Below are positions 58,123 through 64,000 of a DNA stretch of 64,000 nucleotides, piece after piece. The notes under the pieces were generated by a model. It ran no database searches, was not told where the DNA came from, and was given only the letters and a program-made list of their open reading frames with translations. How positions within the stretch are numbered: position 1 is the stretch's first letter; the number at the start of each line of letters is the position of its first letter. This DNA comes from Actinomycetales bacterium (GTDB lineage Bacteria; Actinomycetota; Actinomycetes; Actinomycetales; Dermatophilaceae), in the NCBI GenBank assembly GCA_016710385.1, contig JADJVX010000011.1, positions 136,054-200,053 of the forward strand, read 5' to 3'. The position numbers were made by a program, and so were the translations under genes.

Positions 58123-58920
58123 TCAGTAACGCCGCCAGCGCAGCGTGACGGCGTAGTCCACGGATGTCCGGGTCGGTTCGCGGGTGAAGATCCGCTGACA
58201 CATCGACGGCGGGAACTCCCAGCTCAGGACCGCCTCGAAATCCGCCCGCGAGTCGAACTCCCAACTCACGTCGAGGGATTCGCGCGCCCACCCCTGCCGC
58301 GTCCAAAACCGCTCCACCGCTGCGGCGTCGTAGTCGGGCCAGGCCGCGCTGAACCACGACCCGAACGTCGACCGGGTCGCGTCGTTGTCGACGACGAAGG
58401 CGCTCCCGCCGGGCCGCACGATCCGGCCCAGCTCCGCCAAACCCGGCTCACACCCCGGCCCGAAGAAGTAGGCCCACCGGGCGATCGCCGCGTCGACGCT
58501 CGCGGGGAACAGGCCGGTGGCCTGAGCCCCAGCCACGACGACGGTGACCGGCGCTCCCAGGCCGTCGGGACCGGACGGCATACCGTCGACGCGCTGCTGC
58601 GCGAGGGCTGCCAGCGGCCGGTGCGGCTCCACGCCGATCACCGTGCGCGCGGTCTCGGCCAGCCGCGGCAGGTGGAACCCTGTGCCGCAACCGAGTTCGA
58701 CCACGGTCGCGCCCCGCCAATCCGGTCGCCCGGAGATGCGCAGCAGCGCCCGGTCGATGACCCCCGCCCGATCGAGCGCGAGATTGTGGGTTTCGTAGGT
58801 CTGCGGGGACCCCCAGATATTGGGGCTGCGCACCGCTCCCGCGGGGTCAGAGGCGTCGTCAGGGGTGTCGGAGACCTCAGGATTGTCGGAGACCTCAGGG
58901 TTGTCGAATCCCGCACTCAC
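58123..58920 (-). CDS. Class I SAM-dependent methyltransferase
   Basis: GTG 58920 overlaps the upstream stop (GTGA). SAM motif I VVELGCGTGFH. The N-terminus contains an 18-bp tandem duplication (DNPEVS x2). Confidence 0.75.
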   Translation of the reverse strand: MSAGFDNPEVSDNPEVSDTPDDASDPAGAVRSPNIWGSPQTYETHNLALDRAGVIDRALLRISGRPDWRGATVVELGCGTGFHLPRLAETARTVIGVEPHRPLAALAQQRVDGMPSGPDGLGAPVTVVVAGAQATGLFPASVDAAIARWAYFFGPGCEPGLAELGRIVRPGGSAFVVDNDATRSTFGSWFSAAWPDYDAAAVERFWTRQGWARESLDVSWEFDSRADFEAVLSWEFPPSMCQRIFTREPTRTSVDYAVTLRWRRY

Positions 58921-59993
58921 AGGCGGCGTTTGCTGCGCGGGGTCGCCTCGGCCGCCAAGGTCGCGGGGTGCACGAGCAGCGGCAGCATCGCGCGTCCGCT
59001 GCCGCGGTGGGCGGCCTTCACCGACCGCAGGTATGCCGTGCACCTCACCACCAGCTCGTCATAGGCCGCCTCGCCCATGAGTTCGACCAACTCGCTTCGG
59101 CAGGAACGGAACACTGGCTCGCGGCCGATGTGGGCTTCGCTGTTGCCCGAGCAATACCAGGCGAGGTCATGGCCGCCCGGACCCCAGGCCCGCCGGTCGT
59201 ACTCCGTGATCGTCGTCTCGAGATAGGTGGACCCGTCGTGCTCTTCGACGGTGCGATAGGTGCGCCGGATCGGCAACTGCCAGCACACCTCCGGCTTGGC
59301 CTGATGGGTGGGAATGCCTTGGCGGATGGCGTACTGGTGCAGCGCGCAGCCTGCCCCGCCCTCGAAACCGGGCCGGTTGAGGAAGATGCACGCCCCTTTG
59401 ACGACGCGGGTCTTGCGCACGCCGTCCTCGAGCTCGGTCCAGTCGCTGCGCCGCAGTCGGGTCGTCGGCGCGGCCGAGATCCCGGTGGACGATTCCGCCA
59501 CATCGTCGGCCTCCTCGACGGCAGACACATCGCCGGCGGCCTCCGCGACAACACCGGCAGCGGTAGACCGGGCTGGCAGGTCATAGGCCTCGCTCAGCCC
59601 GCCGAGAACGACGTGATGGATGGGGGGTTCGGCTGCCGGTGCGTGCATCGTGGGTGAGGCTGGTGGCGCCGGTTCGACAGGTGGCGCCGGCTCGACAGGT
59701 GGCGCAGGGTGGGCTCGTTCGTGGGCCAGGGCGTGGAACTGCCAGTCCTGCGGCCTGAGCTTCTCGGCGACGTCGCGGATCGTGCGGTAATCCGCCTTCT
59801 CCGTGAAATGCGCTCCCAGAGAGCAGCAGCCGTCATTCGGCCGGCCGGGAAGGATGCCCTTGCAGCCGTTGCCGAAGACGCACGTCCACCGCGAGGTGAG
59901 CCAGGTGAGGTCACAGCGGAACCGTTGCTCAGGGTTGCCGGGGTCGGTGAACTCGACCCAGACGCGCGCCAGGTCCAGGGGTGATTCGGGCAC
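58917..59993 (-). CDS. Conserved Cys-rich hypothetical protein
   Basis: GTG 59993. Cys clusters (CVFGNGCKG..GCCSLGAHF; GACIFLN..GCALH; CWQLP) are interrupted by a low-complexity PAPPVEPAPPVEPAPP insert. Confidence 0.65.
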   Translation of the reverse strand: MPESPLDLARVWVEFTDPGNPEQRFRCDLTWLTSRWTCVFGNGCKGILPGRPNDGCCSLGAHFTEKADYRTIRDVAEKLRPQDWQFHALAHERAHPAPPVEPAPPVEPAPPASPTMHAPAAEPPIHHVVLGGLSEAYDLPARSTAAGVVAEAAGDVSAVEEADDVAESSTGISAAPTTRLRRSDWTELEDGVRKTRVVKGACIFLNRPGFEGGAGCALHQYAIRQGIPTHQAKPEVCWQLPIRRTYRTVEEHDGSTYLETTITEYDRRAWGPGGHDLAWYCSGNSEAHIGREPVFRSCRSELVELMGEAAYDELVVRCTAYLRSVKAAHRGSGRAMLPLLVHPATLAAEATPRSKRRL

Positions 59994-60053
59994 GGCGCCA
60001 CTCTAGATCGTCACGGAGTCGGCGACTCCCACGCGTGTGACGGCGGGGGTAGC

Positions 60054-60881
60054 GTGCAGTCCATGGGGACACCAGCCGACCGACCGGTGGCACCCGCCCG
60101 CGCTCGGGTCGGCCTGTCGACGGCTTCGGTCTATCCGGCGACCTGTGCGACGGCCTTCGATCTCGCGGCCCGGCTCGGCTATGACGGCATCGAGGTCATG
60201 GTGTGGACCGACCCGGTCTCCCAGGACGCCGGTGCGCTCGCGGCGCTGTCCGAGCACTACGGCATACCCGTGCTGTCCGTGCACGCTCCGACGCTGCTGC
60301 TCACCCAGCGGGTCTGGGGCCCCGACCCGTGGACGAAGATCGACCGGTCGGTCGACCTCGCACGCGACCTCGGGGCGGACACCGTGGTGCTGCACCCACC
60401 CTTCCGGTGGCAGCGCGAGTATGCCGTGGAGTTCGAGGACGGGGTAGCCACCCGCGAGGACCACAGCGGGATTCGGCTGGCCGTCGAAAACATGTTCCCC
60501 TGGCGAGCCCGGGGGCGGGAGATGCAGGCCTATCTGCCGCACTGGGACCCCGTGCCGATGGCTTATGACAACGTCACGCTGGATCTCTCGCATACGGCCA
60601 CGGCGGGGTCGGACGCCCTGGCGATGGTCGAAGCGTTGGGCGCTCGGCTGCGGCACATCCACCTGGCCGACGGCTCGGGCGGGGTGCGCGACGAGCACCT
60701 CGTGCCGGGCCGTGGCGGACAGCCGTGTGATGCCGTGCTGAGCCGTCTGGCGGCTGCCGATTTCGACGGTCACATCGTCGTAGAGATCGGCACTCGCAAG
60801 CTGACCGACGACGACCGGGAGCGCGATCTGCGCGCCTCACTGGACTTCGCTCGCACCCACCTGGCCCGTCGCGGCGAGTGA
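60054..60881 (+). CDS. Sugar phosphate isomerase/epimerase (xylose-isomerase-like TIM barrel)
   Basis: Family-like blocks GYDGIEV, VLSVHAP, VVLHPP, LAVENM and HIHLADG. The alternative start is ATG 60063. Confidence 0.75.
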   Translation: MQSMGTPADRPVAPARARVGLSTASVYPATCATAFDLAARLGYDGIEVMVWTDPVSQDAGALAALSEHYGIPVLSVHAPTLLLTQRVWGPDPWTKIDRSVDLARDLGADTVVLHPPFRWQREYAVEFEDGVATREDHSGIRLAVENMFPWRARGREMQAYLPHWDPVPMAYDNVTLDLSHTATAGSDALAMVEALGARLRHIHLADGSGGVRDEHLVPGRGGQPCDAVLSRLAAADFDGHIVVEIGTRKLTDDDRERDLRASLDFARTHLARRGE

Positions 60882-60935
60882 CCCATTCGGGCGCTGCCAG
60901 TCGACCCCAGATCAGCGGATCCCTAGAGTGGGACC

Positions 60936-61883
60936 GTGGACCCTCGCGACCTTCTGCGCACCTCCTTGCTCGGCCTGTCCCGGGCCAACGCCGTCCGTGA
61001 CGTCATCGAACGCGCCCCCGTCAGCCGCGCGGTCGTCAAGCGCTTTGTGCCCGGGACGACCTCCGACGACGCGCTCCGGGCGACCGGTGCGTTGCAGGCC
61101 GTCGGGCGGATGGTGACCATCGATTACCTCGGCGAAGACACCACCACTCGCGAGCAGGCCGACGCGACCCGGGACGCCTATCTCGGCCTCCTCGCCGCGC
61201 TCGCCGAGCGTCACTACTCACTCGCCGGCAAGGCCGAGGTCTCGCTCAAGCTCACCGCCCTCGGTCTGCTGCTGCCCGACGGCCACCGGATCGCCCTCGA
61301 TCACGCCCGCGCGATCAGCCAGGCCGCCACCAATGCCGGCACGACGGTCACGGTCGACATGGAGGATCACACGACCACCGACGCGACGCTCGCGGCCGTC
61401 CAGGAGTTGCGCGAGGACTTCCCGACGACCGGGGCGGTGTTGCAGGCCTATCTGCGGCGCACCGAGGGCGACTGCCGCGATCTCGCGTATGCCGGGTCGC
61501 GGGTTCGCTTGTGCAAGGGCGCCTACGCCGAGCCCGAGTCGGTCGCCTTCCAGGACGGAGACGAGGTCGACCGCTCCTACGTGCGCTGCCTCAAGGTGCT
61601 CATGAAGGGCGAGGGCTATCCCATGGTGGCCAGCCACGACCCACGGATCATCGAGATCGCCGCCGCACTGGCCGGCCGTGAGCGGCGCGAGCCGCGATCC
61701 TTCGAATACCAGATGCTCTACGGCATCCGACCCGACGAGCAGCAACGCATCGCCGACCGCGGCGACCAGATGCGGGTCTACATCCCCTATGGCACGGAGT
61801 GGTACGGCTATTTGATGCGACGGCTGGCCGAGCGACCCGCTAACGTCACCTTCTTCCTGCGCGGCCTGGCGACGAAGGGTTGA
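60936..61883 (+). CDS. Proline dehydrogenase
   Basis: TIDYLGE, SLKLTALG, VDMEDH, RLCKGAY, SHD, and the YGYLMRRLAERPAN C-terminus. Confidence 0.88.
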   Translation: MDPRDLLRTSLLGLSRANAVRDVIERAPVSRAVVKRFVPGTTSDDALRATGALQAVGRMVTIDYLGEDTTTREQADATRDAYLGLLAALAERHYSLAGKAEVSLKLTALGLLLPDGHRIALDHARAISQAATNAGTTVTVDMEDHTTTDATLAAVQELREDFPTTGAVLQAYLRRTEGDCRDLAYAGSRVRLCKGAYAEPESVAFQDGDEVDRSYVRCLKVLMKGEGYPMVASHDPRIIEIAAALAGRERREPRSFEYQMLYGIRPDEQQRIADRGDQMRVYIPYGTEWYGYLMRRLAERPANVTFFLRGLATKG

Positions 61884-61891
61884 GTCTGACG

Positions 61892-62698
61892 ATGAGCACC
61901 ACTGCGATTTTCGGCGCAGGCGTCATGGGCGAGACCCTGCTGTCTGGGTTGCTGCGCTCGGGCCGACCGACCGAGCAGATCGTCATCACCGAGAAGCGGC
62001 CCGAGCACGCGGCGTTGCTGCGCGACAAGTACGGCGTCCGGGTGCTCGACAACGTCGCGGCCGCCGCGCTCGCCGACACCCTCGTCCTGGTCGTCAAGCC
62101 GCAGGATATGGATGGGCTGCTCGCCGAGATCCGCGACCACATCGTGCCCGGCAATCTTGTGGTGTCGATGGCTGCGGGCATTCCCACCGCCTGGCTGGAG
62201 CAGCGGCTGCCGGCCCGGTCCTCAGTGGTGCGGGTCATGCCCAACACCCCAGCCCTGGTCGATCAGGGCATGGCGGCCATCTCGGCCGGCAGCAATTGCA
62301 CAGCCGAGCACCTCGCCGAAGCGGAGGCGCTGCTCGCCTCGTGCGGCAAGGTGGTCCAGGTCCCCGAGAAGCACCAAGACGCCGTCACGGCGATCTCCGG
62401 GAGCGGACCGGCATACATCTTCTACGTCGTCGAGGCGATGATCGAAGCGGGAGTGCTCCTCGGGATGCCACGCGCGACCTCGACCGAGCTCGTCGTGCAG
62501 ACCCTCTACGGCGCCGCGACCATGCTGCGCGAGACCGGCGAGCACCCCACCGTGCTGCGGGAGCGGGTCTCCTCCCCGGGTGGCACGACCATCGCGGCGA
62601 TCCGCCAACTCGACGACAACAAGGTGCGGGCCGCCTTCATGACGGCAATGGAAGCCGCCGCAGCCCGCTCCAAGGAGTTGGCCGACGGCCTTGGCTGA
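61892..62698 (+). CDS. proC: Pyrroline-5-carboxylate reductase
   Basis: ATG 61892 (TTG 61880 also possible). IFGAGVMGETL NADP fold, RVMPNTPALV, and SPGGTTIAA. Confidence 0.92.
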   Translation: MSTTAIFGAGVMGETLLSGLLRSGRPTEQIVITEKRPEHAALLRDKYGVRVLDNVAAAALADTLVLVVKPQDMDGLLAEIRDHIVPGNLVVSMAAGIPTAWLEQRLPARSSVVRVMPNTPALVDQGMAAISAGSNCTAEHLAEAEALLASCGKVVQVPEKHQDAVTAISGSGPAYIFYVVEAMIEAGVLLGMPRATSTELVVQTLYGAATMLRETGEHPTVLRERVSSPGGTTIAAIRQLDDNKVRAAFMTAMEAAAARSKELADGLG

Positions 62699-63227
62699 CT
62701 CCACGTCTGGCGGATTGCGGGAGTTGGTGCGGATCTCCGAGGACGACTGGGAAAGCCAGCGCGACATTCGCACAGCGGCCCTGGCCGACGCTCCCGACAT
62801 GTTTGGCTCGACCCTCGCCGATGCCCTCACCTTCGACGAGGCGGACTGGCGGTACGGCATCCGGTCCACCACGTGCTGGCAACTGCGTGCGGCCGGTATG
62901 CCGGTCGGCATGGTCCGACTCTCGGTGCGGGATGCCGGTGGAGCCTGGGCGCAGGTGCTGCCGGCGGCACCGGGCCGGACGGCATACCTCATCTCGATGT
63001 ACGTGGCACCGCAGGTGCGGGGGACGGGTGCGGGGGAGCAACTCGTGGCGGTGGCGGCCGCGGAGGCCAAGAGACTCGGTTACCGCCAGCTGTGGCTGGA
63101 TGTCGCCACGCACAACACCGCTGCTGCCCGGTTGTACGAACGGGTCGGCTTCCGCTGGGCCGAGCCACCGCCGGACCAGGCGCCGGACGACCGGCATTGT
63201 GAACTCTCCATGGTGCTCGACCTGTGA
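62691..63227 (+). CDS. GNAT family N-acetyltransferase
   Basis: Acetyl-CoA motif A VAPQVRGTGAGEQL and the NTAAARLYERVGF block. The start is uncertain: TTG 62691 overlaps the proC end. Confidence 0.7.
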   Translation: MADSTSGGLRELVRISEDDWESQRDIRTAALADAPDMFGSTLADALTFDEADWRYGIRSTTCWQLRAAGMPVGMVRLSVRDAGGAWAQVLPAAPGRTAYLISMYVAPQVRGTGAGEQLVAVAAAEAKRLGYRQLWLDVATHNTAAARLYERVGFRWAEPPPDQAPDDRHCELSMVLDL

Positions 63228-63312
63228 CCGGTCGTGGCCGCCGGATGACGTCGACCTGAGTTCGGTCGGGGTTGACTGGCCCCACCGGCACGCGGCATGG
63301 CAGGGTGTCGCC

Positions 63313-63873
63313 ATGAGCGAGATCACCGTGACGACCGTGACCCCCCAGGACTGGGCAGCCTTCAAGGCTGTGCGCCTGGACGCCCTGCGGGACTCGCCAG
63401 CAGCCTTCTCCGCGACCTTGGCCGAAGAAGCGGCGTTCAGCGACCAGGAGTGGATCGCTCGCGTCGAGCGGGCCCCTCGGTTCATTGCGCACCGCGACGG
63501 TGCCGTCGTCGGCACCGCGAGCCTCGGGGTCCACGAGGCCGACGACTCGACCGACGACCGGCTCGCCGAAGGGTTCAACTCCGGACTGAGTGAGATCTTC
63601 GGCCTCTGGGTGACGCCACTGGCTCGGGGGACGGGCGTGGCCACCGCGCTGGCCCGCGCTGGCGCCAAGCGGGCCCAGCAGGACGGTCACTCGCACGTCG
63701 TCTACTGGGTGAGCACCGACAACGGGCGTGCGGTGGCCTTCGCCTCGGGTCTGGGCTTCCGGCCCACCGATTCGCGCCGACCGATGCGCGGCTCCAACCG
63801 CGATGGCGAGGAGGAGATCGCGATGATCCTTCCCCTCGGTGCCGATCGCGGCACACTCCCTGACTTGGGCTGA
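63313..63873 (+). CDS. GNAT family N-acetyltransferase
   Basis: ATG 63313 inside track ORF 62296..63873. WVTPLARGTGVATAL motif A and NGRAVAFASGLGF. Confidence 0.75.
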   Translation: MSEITVTTVTPQDWAAFKAVRLDALRDSPAAFSATLAEEAAFSDQEWIARVERAPRFIAHRDGAVVGTASLGVHEADDSTDDRLAEGFNSGLSEIFGLWVTPLARGTGVATALARAGAKRAQQDGHSHVVYWVSTDNGRAVAFASGLGFRPTDSRRPMRGSNRDGEEEIAMILPLGADRGTLPDLG

Positions 63874-63925
63874 GCTGCGACGGCATACTGGCTCCAGGGG
63901 CTCTCGGGAAAGGTAACGTCGGAGC

Positions 63926-64000
63926 ATGCGCAGCCAGGCGCGGGTGATTTGGGACCCGGAATTCACGAAGTACAACTTCGGCCCGCATCACCCGATGTCT
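63926..64000 (+). CDS. Histone deacetylase/acetoin-utilisation (AcuC-like) family protein, N-terminal fragment (runs off the right edge)
   Basis: ATG 63926. MRSQARVIWDPEFTKYNFGPHHPMS matches the usual start of the family (Y.FG..HPM). Confidence 0.55.
   Translation, partial: MRSQARVIWDPEFTKYNFGPHHPMS

Noticed and set aside
1-64000. The abundant 8-mer as a Chi- or KOPS-like replication-polar signal
   Set aside because: By my count the two orientations are equal (43 against 43) within one 64-kb stretch. A polar signal should be strongly skewed to one strand away from the origin and terminus.

Overview
High-GC (roughly 70% G+C by eye) actinobacterial chromosomal window, densely packed with conserved housekeeping genes. 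From memory, the gene order matches the Mycobacterium tuberculosis Rv3585-Rv3628 neighbourhood: ppa, dacB, DUF2342 protease, tilS, hpt, ftsH, folE/folP/folB/folK, DUF3180, lysS, lsr2, clpC1, mutY, disA and radA. Also present are tmk-holB, nadB-nadC, an NHEJ cluster (LigD-polymerase, ligase, ku), nei, proline dehydrogenase plus proC, several GNATs and one tRNA-Thr(CGT). I saw no rRNA, CRISPR array, IS element or prophage.

Four things stand out.

1. An 8-mer, GTATGCCG (reverse complement CGGCATAC; extended consensus GGTATGCCGTG), occurs about 86 times by eye, 43 on each strand, or about one per 750 bp. It lies in all three codon phases and in spacers. Some copies form inverted pairs that make hairpins. 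This looks like a DNA-level genome-wide signal of unknown function.

2. An LPXTG surface protein gene of about 11 kb (37033-48048) carries 16 apparently identical 267-bp repeats followed by 8 repeats of 315 bp. The repeat block has abruptly different codon usage and almost completely lacks the 8-mer.

3. The giant gene is broken by a G13-C-G12 tract and a degraded repeat copy (45107-45432). This looks like an assembly artefact.

4. Two secreted peptidase genes (an alpha/beta hydrolase and dacB) are disrupted by frameshifts, three of the four clearly single-base homopolymer indels. These are sequencing errors or very recent pseudogenisation.

Many long ORFs in the supplied track are antisense or upstream read-through artefacts of the high GC content. 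They are listed as rejected.
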